A DNA stretch of 64,000 nucleotides from a candidate division WOR-3 bacterium (GCA_029858255.1 JAOUFJ010000004.1:30936-94935), one strand, 5' to 3'. Positions 9,304-18,256 are shown, counted from the first letter of the stretch. Numbers and translations are program-made. The notes: generated by a model not told the origin, from the letters alone.

Positions 9304-10366
9304 ACTCCTTCTGGAGAATGTTACAAAAGTATATGACCGGGAAGTCTATGCGGCAAAGGATATCTCATTTGCCGTCGAGCCCGAGGAGTTCACGGTGCTC
9401 GTTGGGCCCTCAGGTTGCGGTAAGACCACAACACTGAGGCTGATCGCCGGTCTCGAAGAGTTAACGTCTGGCGATATTTACATAGATGGCCAACGCGTAA
9501 ACGATGTATCGCCAAAGGATCGAGATGTGGCCATGGTCTTTCAGAACTACGCCCTGTACCCGCACATGAGCGTCTACGATAACATGGCATTTGGATTGCA
9601 GGTGCGTAAATACCAGAAGCAGGAAATCAAAGAACGCGTAGTTGCAACCGCGGAGACCCTTGGTATCTTGAGTCTATTGGAGAGAAAACCGCGCCAGTTA
9701 TCAGGAGGTCAAAGACAGCGAGTTGCCCTTGGCCGTTCGATCGTGCGCAACCCAAGGCTGTTCCTGTTTGACGAACCACTCTCTAACCTTGACGCCAAGA
9801 TGCGCGTGCAAATGCGCGCCGAATTAGCGCGCCTTCACAAAAAAATTCATGCTACAATCATCTACGTAACTCACGACCAGGTGGAAGCAATGACCCTCGG
9901 GCAAAAGATCATCGTGCTTAAAGATGGAGAAGTACAGCAGGTTGCAGACCCAATGCAACTCTACAAGGACCCGAGAAATAAATTTGTTGCCGGTTTCATT
10001 GGCAGCCCGCCAATGAACTTTATCGGCGGTACAATTGTCAAAAAGAATAGGACAATTGTCTTTCACAGCAGAGACTTGAATCTTATTCTCAACAAGAGAA
10101 GTGAGAAAATGGCCGATCACAAATTAAGTATAGGCATAAGACCAACTGATTTTTCAATTGCCAGGGGCTCTCAAATAGAAATTGTCGTAGATGTCATTGA
10201 ACCAATGGGCACTGAGCTATACGTGCACGGGCGGACCGGTAGCACAATGTTGTCAGCCCGGGTTCCCGAGGATGCCGCGCCGCAAGTCGGCAAATCGTTT
10301 ATCCTCAAGATCGACCCGGGAAAGATCTACTTCTTCGATGAAAAAACAGAACAAAAAATTCAATAA
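9296..10366 (+). CDS. MalK/UgpC/MsmX-type sugar ABC transporter ATP-binding protein (orphan, no permease nearby)
   Basis: Walker A GPSGCGKTT, signature LSGGQRQRVALGR, Walker B LFLFDEPLSNLD. C-terminal TOBE-like regulatory domain. Confidence 0.85.
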   Translation: MPRLLLENVTKVYDREVYAAKDISFAVEPEEFTVLVGPSGCGKTTTLRLIAGLEELTSGDIYIDGQRVNDVSPKDRDVAMVFQNYALYPHMSVYDNMAFGLQVRKYQKQEIKERVVATAETLGILSLLERKPRQLSGGQRQRVALGRSIVRNPRLFLFDEPLSNLDAKMRVQMRAELARLHKKIHATIIYVTHDQVEAMTLGQKIIVLKDGEVQQVADPMQLYKDPRNKFVAGFIGSPPMNFIGGTIVKKNRTIVFHSRDLNLILNKRSEKMADHKLSIGIRPTDFSIARGSQIEIVVDVIEPMGTELYVHGRTGSTMLSARVPEDAAPQVGKSFILKIDPGKIYFFDEKTEQKIQ

Positions 10367-12431
10367 AAAGATCTTGCGCCTGGGGCTTGTCAGCATGATC
10401 CCGCTCTGTTTGGGGCTCGGGATCGGTGCTTATTACTCAGTAGTAAGCGGGCTCCCGCCGGCAGAATCGATTTCTTTCTTCGCACCACCCATTTCTACCA
10501 AAGTATTCGATGATCAGGGAAACGTGATAAGCCAGTTCTTCATCGAGCGACGGGAACTAACGAGTCTCGACCGCGTGCCCCAGTACCTGAAAGACGGATT
10601 CATAAGCATCGAAGATAAGAGATTCTACAGCCACTGGGGTGTGGATATGCTGAGGTTTTTCAAATCGATGTTGATCAATGTCGTGAACATGCATATCGTA
10701 CAGGGCGGGAGCACAATAACCATGCAGCTCGCCCGGAACATGTTCCTGACAATGGAACAGACGATCATGCGTAAATTGAAAGAAATGGCACTGGCGATAC
10801 GGATTGAACGCGCTTTTACCAAAGATGAAATACTCGAGATGTACCTCAACCAGATCAATTTCGGACAGGGGCATTATGGCGTCGCCACCGCTGCCGAATA
10901 CTATTTCGACAAAGACATATCAGAACTCAACCTCACCGAATGCGCACTGCTCGTCGCCCTGCCGAAAGGAGAAGGTTATTCTCCATACAAACGGCCCGAA
11001 CGTGCAATACAACGGCGTGACCTCGTCCTGAAAGCGATGCTCGATAACAAGGTCATTTCCTCCGAAGATTACACGCGTGCAGTGAATGAACCGCTCGGTG
11101 TTGTCGAACAGAAGAAGGAAAGGCGCGTGGGCGAATATTTTCTCGAGGAAATAAGACGTTATCTTGAGCTTAAATACGGACCGGAATTTCTCTATCGAAG
11201 CGGCGCAAATATCTACACGACGATGAATACGCGCATGCAAAAGGTCGCTGAAGAGGTACTGGAAAAGCATCTCACAAAACTGGAGAAAGACCAGAGATTA
11301 CCCCATCCGAAATCTGAGTTCGATTCGATCGGTCTCGCCGATACGATAACCGCGATACCCTATCTTCAGGGTGCGTTCGTTCTGCTAAATTACCACACGG
11401 GCGAGGTCAAAGCGATGATCGGCGGCCGCAATTTCACCCAGAGCCAGTTCAACAGGGCAACCCAAGCGCGCCGCCAGGCAGGGAGCGCATTCAAGATATT
11501 CGTCTTCACAGCAGCCGTCGATAATGGCTTCACGCCGACCGATATAGTACTTGACCTGCCGATCGTCCTCGAGATTCCCGGCATGGACAGCATTTATCGT
11601 CCCTCTAATTACGACCGTACATTCCTGGGACCGATCACCGTGAAGAATGCCCTGAAACATTCAAGGAATCTCGTTGCGATACGACTCATCAGGAGCATCG
11701 GTCCGGAACTGGTAGTGAGTTACGCTCACAACCTCGGCGTTGCATCGCCCTTGCTTCCGGTCGTATCACTGGCCCTGGGCGCTTGCGAGGTGAATTTATT
11801 GGAAATGGTCAGTGCCGCCGGAACGATCGCCGATCTGGGTGAAAGGGTCGAACCGATAATGATCAGAAAGATAACCGACAACGACGGCACCTTGATTGAG
11901 ATCAATAACCCGCTTCCGGAAAGAAGAATTTCAGCACAGACCAGCTATATAATGACCGACATCATGAAGTCCGTGGTGAATGGAGGAACTGGCTATCGGG
12001 TTCGTGAATTCTACAAAGGAAATGCTGCGGGTAAGACGGGGACGACCAATAATTACAGTGATGCCTGGTTCATCGGCTACACGCCCGAATACGCTTGCGG
12101 GGTATGGGTCGGGTATGACAATAACGACAGGATATTCCGTGGCGCCACAGGCGGTTTCACATCCGCGCCGATATGGGGCGATTTCATGGCACGCATCGAT
12201 ACCTTGCAGAACAAGGAATTCCCCAGGCCTTCATCCGGGCTATCCTCAACCCGCATTTGCTCACAAACCGGGCTCCTGGCAAGACCATCCTGTCCTGAGG
12301 TGATCGACCAGGTATATATTGAAGGCACTGAGCCCACCGAATTGTGCGACACCCACGTATTCAGGGATCGGTTCCGCCAGTATGAAGAGGAATTCGAAAA
12401 GATCGACGAGTCAATAATCGAAGGTTACTAG
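10338..12431 (+). CDS. class A penicillin-binding protein (PBP1A-type transglycosylase/transpeptidase)
   Basis: ORF track starts at 10191, but ATG 10338 gives MKKQNKK plus a TM anchor. GT51 motifs EDKRFYSHWGVD and GGSTITMQLARN. Transpeptidase motifs SAFK, SRN, KTGTT. Confidence 0.9.
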   Translation: MKKQNKKFNKKILRLGLVSMIPLCLGLGIGAYYSVVSGLPPAESISFFAPPISTKVFDDQGNVISQFFIERRELTSLDRVPQYLKDGFISIEDKRFYSHWGVDMLRFFKSMLINVVNMHIVQGGSTITMQLARNMFLTMEQTIMRKLKEMALAIRIERAFTKDEILEMYLNQINFGQGHYGVATAAEYYFDKDISELNLTECALLVALPKGEGYSPYKRPERAIQRRDLVLKAMLDNKVISSEDYTRAVNEPLGVVEQKKERRVGEYFLEEIRRYLELKYGPEFLYRSGANIYTTMNTRMQKVAEEVLEKHLTKLEKDQRLPHPKSEFDSIGLADTITAIPYLQGAFVLLNYHTGEVKAMIGGRNFTQSQFNRATQARRQAGSAFKIFVFTAAVDNGFTPTDIVLDLPIVLEIPGMDSIYRPSNYDRTFLGPITVKNALKHSRNLVAIRLIRSIGPELVVSYAHNLGVASPLLPVVSLALGACEVNLLEMVSAAGTIADLGERVEPIMIRKITDNDGTLIEINNPLPERRISAQTSYIMTDIMKSVVNGGTGYRVREFYKGNAAGKTGTTNNYSDAWFIGYTPEYACGVWVGYDNNDRIFRGATGGFTSAPIWGDFMARIDTLQNKEFPRPSSGLSSTRICSQTGLLARPSCPEVIDQVYIEGTEPTELCDTHVFRDRFRQYEEEFEKIDESIIEGY

Positions 12432-12451
12432 TGACTCTCAGCCGCGCACTT

Positions 12452-12949
12452 TTACAATACCAATAGCACAAGAAACCCAGCGTAAACAAATACCAACACC
12501 AGCCACGTGGAAATTTCTCCTCTAAGGTTACGCAGCCTGTAACAAGCTTCACGCACTGGTTTTCCTTTCAGGTAATCCATCTCGCCGAGAAGAATACTCA
12601 CGTAAATTAACAGGAACAAACCCAGGTACAACAAACCCATCCATCGCGGCGGGTTGTAGAGGATCAAAACACCGACCACGAGAAAGAAATTACCGATATA
12701 TAGCGGGTGTTTCAAATACCTGTAAGGTCCATTTCTGATGATATGTTCCGCTTGAAATTCTCGGCGCCGGGCATCACCACCTATGTAACCTGCAGCCCAG
12801 ATCCTGATCGTCAAACCAAGCACGACCGCAGCGTGGCCAGCCATCGAGTGGCGAGGATTTGCAGCAATAACAAGAAGCACAAAGGCGACAGCAGCGATTG
12901 CTGCGCGATACCGGAATAAATGGCGGCCTATTTTGAAGAGAGTCCTCAC
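12452..12949 (-). CDS. isoprenylcysteine carboxyl methyltransferase (ICMT/PEMT) family membrane protein
   Basis: Polytopic membrane protein with the family motif RNGPYRYLKHPLYIGNF. GTG start 8 nt downstream of tRNA-Leu on the same strand. Confidence 0.7.
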   Translation of the reverse strand: MRTLFKIGRHLFRYRAAIAAVAFVLLVIAANPRHSMAGHAAVVLGLTIRIWAAGYIGGDARRREFQAEHIIRNGPYRYLKHPLYIGNFFLVVGVLILYNPPRWMGLLYLGLFLLIYVSILLGEMDYLKGKPVREACYRLRNLRGEISTWLVLVFVYAGFLVLLVL

Positions 12950-12957
12950 ATGAATAA

Positions 12958-13041
12958 TGCCGGGAAGGGGATTTGAACCCCTATACCCTTGCGGGCGCTA
13001 GGTCCTGAACCTAGTGCGTCTGCCAATTCCGCCATCCCGGC
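12958..13041 (-). tRNA. tRNA-Leu (anticodon CAG)
   Basis: Reverse complement folds as GCCGGGA..TCCCGGC acceptor, anticodon stem CTAGG/CCTAG with loop TTCAGGA, long variable arm, T loop GGGG-TTCAAAT-CCCC. 84 nt. Confidence 0.9.
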
Positions 13042-13100
13042 CTAACCTGATAACTGATAACAGTCAACAGATATCTGGTATCTGTTATCCGTCAAGAGTT

Positions 13101-13128
13101 AGTATACACAGAGAAAGGTTCAAGTCAA
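13101..13128 (-). promoter_or_regulatory. candidate sigma70 promoter for tRNA-Leu (TTGACT-16-TATACT on the minus strand)
   Basis: Minus-strand TTGACT = 13128-13123, TATACT = 13106-13101. This would give a ~55-nt leader containing an 8-bp hairpin (13066-13086). Confidence 0.4.
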
Positions 13129-13162
13129 CGGAACAACTGGAATTCTGGATATTGCGATACGA

Positions 13163-14638
13163 TTAAGGAGCAGGAACTTCCTTCACCCGCGGGTACTGTC
13201 CATACAAACGCCGGTAGATCTCTGGATAATCAGATTTGCCGCCGAGCAGCATTGTCGTTATGGGAAATGCCTTCTTGGCCAGAACCGACATCTGATGGGC
13301 TATGCTACGGATATCCCACTGCGCAGTCGGATCTTCCCGGAGTCGAGAAATGTGATACAACTCCCGCAGATTCACTTTCATGAGCACCCGCCTGCGGTGC
13401 GCGTTGGTCAGGATATAACTGCCGATACGGGGAAGTTTTTTTTCGAGTTTATCGTAAAAACGCTCGGTCATGTCTACCACCTGGAGAAACCCGTTCTCCT
13501 CTCTGACTGCCTTAACCGACTGCGGCACGGTTACGCCAAGATTCGGATCATAATCACTCCAGACAATTGAAGCCACACGGTGGCGCTTCAGTTGTCCAAA
13601 ACATCCTGCAGACACGATCAGCGAGTAAGAAAGATCAGCATATTCGAATTCTCTGAGCAAAACATCATATAGCTCAACCCGACCGCATGCCTTTTTGAAG
13701 AGATCCAATTTCTTTCTTCTGGACATTGTCCTCACCGTCCTCAAGCAAGCAAGATAATTCCCGCCCGACACACTGAAGAGCAACGTGGCCAGTATTTTGT
13801 TATCACCATCATTCGTATGGTCGACAAGCTGCACCTCATGCTCTCGTCTCAATTTGCCGGTGCTATTGATACCAGCCGTATGGTCCAGCAATTCTTCGTA
13901 GGTTTTCTGGTCGTAATCATTTGCCTCGTAAAAGAGAATGATCGAAGGTGAGATCTTTTTTACACTGCCAAAGAGTTTCCTGCCCAGTTCCCGTATCTCG
14001 GCCAGATGATGTGAAGCGAATCGCCGTATCATCAATTCCAGATTACGCGCGTTCACGGTCGCGCCAACCTGAGTCTGGGTCGCAAGGGATAGTATATAGC
14101 GCGCGTCCTCCTTCGCCAAATTTTCCAGGAGACGTCGGTCCTGAAAATTTTTGTCCAGTCTCGGCAGTCTGGTGAAGTTGTAGTTCTTTATTTTTTCAAA
14201 CAGCAATTTATAGAGCTCATTCTGCAGGCGGATCATATCTTTGAATTCCACGCGCAAATTCTTGTTCTGCATCTCTTCCGGCACTACATAATCACCTTCC
14301 AGGGTCACGTAGCGTTGTGATTTCTCTGTATACGAACACAGGCGGAACTTCTCGAATTCCTCGACAGCTTTACGGGAAATATCAAGGATATCGAAATTAA
14401 AAACTGCGTGCTCGGCCACTGAATGATGCCCCATTTCAAAAATGATCTTCTGATTCGATGCCCTTGCCCTGGCGACCTCATGCCTCGCATTTTCTCTGAG
14501 TTCATCGATAGATTTAGGACTGCGGCTGATCCGCGCGTAGGCAGCGGATATGGATTCGGGGGTCAACACGATATTTCCTTTTCTGTATTCTTTCAAGGCG
14601 TCGAGGTCGATATTGTAGCCCGCCAGGATAACCCGCAT
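13163..14638 (-). CDS. thyX: FAD-dependent thymidylate synthase, tandem double-ThyX-domain form
   Basis: 491 aa, about twice a normal ThyX. N half has HHSVAEH and KFRLCSYTEKSQRY (S..SxRY kept, RHR degraded). C half has KRHRVASIVWSDYD (RHR..S kept, SxRY lost). Confidence 0.75.
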   Translation of the reverse strand: MRVILAGYNIDLDALKEYRKGNIVLTPESISAAYARISRSPKSIDELRENARHEVARARASNQKIIFEMGHHSVAEHAVFNFDILDISRKAVEEFEKFRLCSYTEKSQRYVTLEGDYVVPEEMQNKNLRVEFKDMIRLQNELYKLLFEKIKNYNFTRLPRLDKNFQDRRLLENLAKEDARYILSLATQTQVGATVNARNLELMIRRFASHHLAEIRELGRKLFGSVKKISPSIILFYEANDYDQKTYEELLDHTAGINSTGKLRREHEVQLVDHTNDGDNKILATLLFSVSGGNYLACLRTVRTMSRRKKLDLFKKACGRVELYDVLLREFEYADLSYSLIVSAGCFGQLKRHRVASIVWSDYDPNLGVTVPQSVKAVREENGFLQVVDMTERFYDKLEKKLPRIGSYILTNAHRRRVLMKVNLRELYHISRLREDPTAQWDIRSIAHQMSVLAKKAFPITTMLLGGKSDYPEIYRRLYGQYPRVKEVPAP

Positions 14639-14643
14639 AGGTA

Positions 14644-15723
14644 TTACCTTCTCCCCCGAAATCTTGCTTCGATATCTTTGGCCAAACGTTTTAATGTTGG
14701 ATACATCTTCACCGCCGCCTGCTGATATGCAACAAGGTCACGGCCAACCGGGTCAGGTACTTCGGTATATTTTGTCTTGCGTCGGTACTCCCGAAGGAGA
14801 AAGGTCCTTACCACCGCATCAGGGTTGATTTCCAGCACCGTTTCATAATGTTTGAATTCCATCACCAGTACTAGATCGGCCCAGTCAATCAGTTCCCGGT
14901 CAAGGTAGTTGCTCCGGTGGCGGTCGATCGAACCGCCGTATTCCTTGACCACTTGCCTCGCATAATGTGCAGACTGCAAACCACCCATCGCAATCGTCCC
15001 GGCCGACCTTACTTCACAGTACTTAGGGTTGATCAACGTCTTCAACATGCCCTCGGCCATCGGACTGCGGCAAGTATTCCCACTACACACAAACAGCACA
15101 TTGAATTTCAGTGAAGCCTTCAGCGTCACTCTACGCCCGTAGACCTTTTCGATCGCCAGTATCGGAACCGCGCCCTTACGCATTACCATCGGCGGCGTCG
15201 CCGTAAGATCAAGCACCGTTGAAGGCGGTGAGTACAGCATACCGCCATCGACGACAAGTCCCACTTCCGTGAAATGTTCAATAATGTCATAAGGTGATAT
15301 CATTGGCGGCTCGCCGCTCTTGTTGACGCTGCTTACGGCAAGAGGTCTGCGGTACTCTGCGAGTAACTTCAGCACGAAATCATTTTGAGGAATTCGAATG
15401 CCGATCTTATCAGTGATATACGGCAGTGAAATGTCGGATTTCTTCTTGACGATAATGGTCAACGGGCCGGGAACAAAAAAATCTATTATCTTCTTCTTCA
15501 CGGGGACCGCGAATTTGTCTATGTCACCCCTGCTTATGAATAGGGTAAATGGTCTTTCTTCCCGTTGTTTTGTATCAAAGAGTTTCCTGACCGCTGCTTC
15601 ATCACCGCCGTCGACTGCAAGGCCGTAAACCGTATCAGTTGGTATTGCTATTATCCCCTTATTCTCCAATATCTGGGTTATGCGCCTGAGTGAATTGAAT
15701 GCCTCGGCAAGTTTGATGATCAT
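14644..15723 (-). CDS. fusion of L-threonylcarbamoyladenylate synthase (TsaC/YwlC, YrdC domain) and a low-molecular-weight protein phosphatase
   Basis: N-terminal YrdC motif IAIPTDTVYGLAVDG. C-terminal LMW-PTP P-loop VLFVCSGNTCRSPMAEG and the DP motif (EVPDPVG). Confidence 0.8.
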   Translation of the reverse strand: MIIKLAEAFNSLRRITQILENKGIIAIPTDTVYGLAVDGGDEAAVRKLFDTKQREERPFTLFISRGDIDKFAVPVKKKIIDFFVPGPLTIIVKKKSDISLPYITDKIGIRIPQNDFVLKLLAEYRRPLAVSSVNKSGEPPMISPYDIIEHFTEVGLVVDGGMLYSPPSTVLDLTATPPMVMRKGAVPILAIEKVYGRRVTLKASLKFNVLFVCSGNTCRSPMAEGMLKTLINPKYCEVRSAGTIAMGGLQSAHYARQVVKEYGGSIDRHRSNYLDRELIDWADLVLVMEFKHYETVLEINPDAVVRTFLLREYRRKTKYTEVPDPVGRDLVAYQQAAVKMYPTLKRLAKDIEARFRGRR

Positions 15724-15749
15724 AGATATTGAAACAGCAGTCTAAGCTG

Positions 15750-16160
15750 CTACTTTATCTTCAGTTGATTATACAGACGGCTGGCGAATAACGCCGCGTT
15801 CTTGGCACCAGATTTACCAATGCCAAAGGTCGCTACCGGCACTCCGGAGGGCATCTGGGCAATTGACAGCAGAGAATCGAGCCCGCCCAGGGTCGAAGCC
15901 GGAATGGGTACCCCAAGCACCGGTATTTCGGTCATCGACGCAATGAACCCGGGTAGATGTGCAGCCAGCCCCGCGCCAGCAATGATCGCAATGACCTCCT
16001 CATCTTTCGCCCTGGCGATCAATTCTCTGATCTTGTCAGGTTCACGGTGAGCCGAGTGGATAAATACTTCGTGTGGAATAGATCCTTTTTTTAAATACTC
16101 TTCAGCCGGTGCCATCGTTTCGGTGTCGGACTTGCTGCCCATGAAAATCCAGACTTTCAT
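15750..16160 (-). CDS. purE: 5-(carboxyamino)imidazole ribonucleotide mutase
   Basis: FMGSKSD.., IIAGAGLAAHLPG, GVPI..LGGLDSLLSIAQMP are typical PurE motifs. Confidence 0.85.
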   Translation of the reverse strand: MKVWIFMGSKSDTETMAPAEEYLKKGSIPHEVFIHSAHREPDKIRELIARAKDEEVIAIIAGAGLAAHLPGFIASMTEIPVLGVPIPASTLGGLDSLLSIAQMPSGVPVATFGIGKSGAKNAALFASRLYNQLKIK

Positions 16161-17443
16161 TTTCGCCTCCTCCGCTTCATCTTCTTCATGCCAGTGTTGC
16201 CAATATCCTTACGATAGTACATACCCTTGAAATGTATTTTCTTGATCTCCTCGTAGGCGCGTTGCTTGGCGACTTTCAGATTATCACTTACCGTAACGAC
16301 ATTCAGTACTCTTCCCGACGCGGTGACTAATTTCGATTCATCTATTTTGGTACCAGCATGAAATACCAGCGTGCGGGAATCAAGTTTCTGCTTGAATTCA
16401 ATTTCTTCACCAACCCGGTAATCATTTGGATATCCGGCTGATGCCAAAACTACACACAGTGACCATAGATTCTTTGCTTTTATCGGCTCGTCAGAAAGCT
16501 TACGTTCAGTCACTGCGACCATAGAACCGAGCAGATCGCTTTCCACAAGAGGAAGAATCACCTGTGTTTCTGGATCTCCGAACCGACAGTTGAATTCTAA
16601 TACCTTGGGGCCGGTTGATGTTATTATCAACCCTGCATAAAGCACACCTTTATAATCAAGCCCCTGGTCCCGCATCGACAGAACCGTAGGCTGGATAATT
16701 ACATTCTCGATGATGTTCGAAATACGTTTATTCACCGGATACGGGGCGTATGCTCCCATGCCGCCGGTATTTGGTCCACGGTTCCGGTCATACAACTTCT
16801 TATGATCCTGCGACGAGGGAAGATAGCTGACCGAAAGGCCATCGGTTAGCACAAACACGGATGCTTCCTGCCCGGTCAGGAATTCTTCAACCACGATACG
16901 ATTTGCTGCCTCGCCAAGTTTATGTTGCACCAGAAGTTGATCGACAATTTTCTCGTATTCACGCTTATTGTTGGCTGCGAAGACACCCTTGCCAGAAGCT
17001 AGGCCAGCGGCCTTTACCACAACCGGAAATTTGTTTATCGTCTTTATATATTTCAATGCCTCAGATGCCGTTTCATATATTTGAAACTTCGGTGCCGGGA
17101 TGCCAAACTTACCCATGAATTCCCGGGCAAATGATTTATCGGCTTCGATACGGCTGGCGTTCTTATTCGGCCCGAACACTTTAAGCCCGGCGTTTTCGAA
17201 TTCATCAACAATACCCATTGCCAGAGGTAATTCGGGCCCGATGATCGTGAAATCTATCTTTTTCTCCTGGGCAAAATGTAGAAGGCCCGGAATGTCCGAT
17301 GCTAAGATATCGACACAGGTCCCTACCTGGGCAATACCCGGGTTACCTGGCGCGGCGTATATCTTCCTGACTCTTTTTGCCTTGCTGAGTTTCCAGGCAA
17401 GAGCGTGTTCGCGTCCGCCACCACCAACGATCAAAATTCTCAT
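16157..17443 (-). CDS. purD: phosphoribosylamine-glycine ligase
   Basis: MRILIVGGGGREHALAWKL N-terminus, ATP-grasp core, 428 aa. 4-nt overlaps with both neighbours. Confidence 0.9.
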   Translation of the reverse strand: MRILIVGGGGREHALAWKLSKAKRVRKIYAAPGNPGIAQVGTCVDILASDIPGLLHFAQEKKIDFTIIGPELPLAMGIVDEFENAGLKVFGPNKNASRIEADKSFAREFMGKFGIPAPKFQIYETASEALKYIKTINKFPVVVKAAGLASGKGVFAANNKREYEKIVDQLLVQHKLGEAANRIVVEEFLTGQEASVFVLTDGLSVSYLPSSQDHKKLYDRNRGPNTGGMGAYAPYPVNKRISNIIENVIIQPTVLSMRDQGLDYKGVLYAGLIITSTGPKVLEFNCRFGDPETQVILPLVESDLLGSMVAVTERKLSDEPIKAKNLWSLCVVLASAGYPNDYRVGEEIEFKQKLDSRTLVFHAGTKIDESKLVTASGRVLNVVTVSDNLKVAKQRAYEEIKKIHFKGMYYRKDIGNTGMKKMKRRRRK

Positions 17444-18168
17444 CGCAATCTCCTCATTATGTCTTTGAATTTGGTTTCGGATCGCTCAATGATGCTGCCC
17501 AATACTACGAAATCCGCGCCAGCGTCCAATGCCTTCCTGACTTCATCATACTCTCTAAGCCCCCCACCGACGATCAAAGGAATATCGACATTATGTCTGA
17601 CCTTCTCGACCATGGTATGGGGCACTGGATTCTGAGCGCCACTGCCCGCTTCGAGATAGATGTATTTCATACCGAAATACTGTCCAGCCAGTGCGTGGGC
17701 AACCGCGATTTCAGGCTTGGCTCGCGGTATCGGCTTCGTATTTGATATGTACTCAACCGCCGTGAAATTTCCGGACTCGACCAGTATGTAGCCAACCGGG
17801 ATTACTTCCAGGCCGCAGTCTCTTATAAGAAATACCGCCTTAACCTGCTCGCCGATGAGAAATTCCGAGTTCCGGCCGCTCAATAAGGACAAGAAGAAAA
17901 TCGCATCAGCGCTTGAGCAGACCTGATGTGAACCACCCGGGAACAATATCACCGGACAATTTGCATTACTGCTTACTGCGTGAACAAATTTGTCAAAATG
18001 CGGGGTCACCAAGAGAGACGAACCAATTAGAATTCCTTTGACACCGTTATCACACACAAATTTCGTCACGGTGCCGACATCCTCTGTCGATATACGGTCC
18101 GGGTCCAGGAGGCCCAAAACACCCGGTTTTACACTATTCAGTTGGTCATAGATCGACCGATTATTCAT
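17440..18168 (-). CDS. pcrB: (geranyl)geranylglyceryl / heptaprenylglyceryl phosphate synthase (PcrB / group II GGGPS family)
   Basis: LLDPD.., ILFPG, ADAIFFLSLLSGRN, YIYLEAGSGA, PLIVGGGLR, GADFVVLGS match the TIM-barrel GGGPS/PcrB pattern. Confidence 0.8.
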   Translation of the reverse strand: MNNRSIYDQLNSVKPGVLGLLDPDRISTEDVGTVTKFVCDNGVKGILIGSSLLVTPHFDKFVHAVSSNANCPVILFPGGSHQVCSSADAIFFLSLLSGRNSEFLIGEQVKAVFLIRDCGLEVIPVGYILVESGNFTAVEYISNTKPIPRAKPEIAVAHALAGQYFGMKYIYLEAGSGAQNPVPHTMVEKVRHNVDIPLIVGGGLREYDEVRKALDAGADFVVLGSIIERSETKFKDIMRRLR

Positions 18169-18176
18169 GTTGCCTG

Positions 18177-18204
18177 ATTATACTTATCTCAGGCGAAAAA
18201 TCAA
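18177..18204 (-). promoter_or_regulatory. sigma70-type promoter of the pcrB-purD-purE-tsaC-thyX operon (TTGATT-16-TATAAT, minus strand)
   Basis: Minus-strand TTGATT 18204-18199, TATAAT 18182-18177. 8 nt to ATG 18168 with no SD. Confidence 0.5.
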
Positions 18205-18222
18205 GGGGGAAAACGGGGAAGC

Positions 18223-18250
18223 TTGACAATTCTAAAATAATGCGTAAAAT
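18223..18250 (+). promoter_or_regulatory. sigma70-type promoter (TTGACA-16-TAAAAT), leaderless configuration
   Basis: TTGACA 18223-18228, TAAAAT 18245-18250, 6 nt to ATG 18257. Divergent from the pcrB promoter. Confidence 0.55.
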
Positions 18251-18256
18251 CATGGT

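Noticed and set aside
10191-10337. N-terminal extensions given by the ORF track for PBP1A. The same applies to 18790-18843 for OmpA, 36001-36084 for PgeF, 44011-44109 for KorB and 52337-52417 for MFS.
   Set aside because: The extensions overlap the upstream gene (or tRNA-Glu) in another frame. The internal ATGs give family-typical N-termini, SD sites or ATGA coupling.
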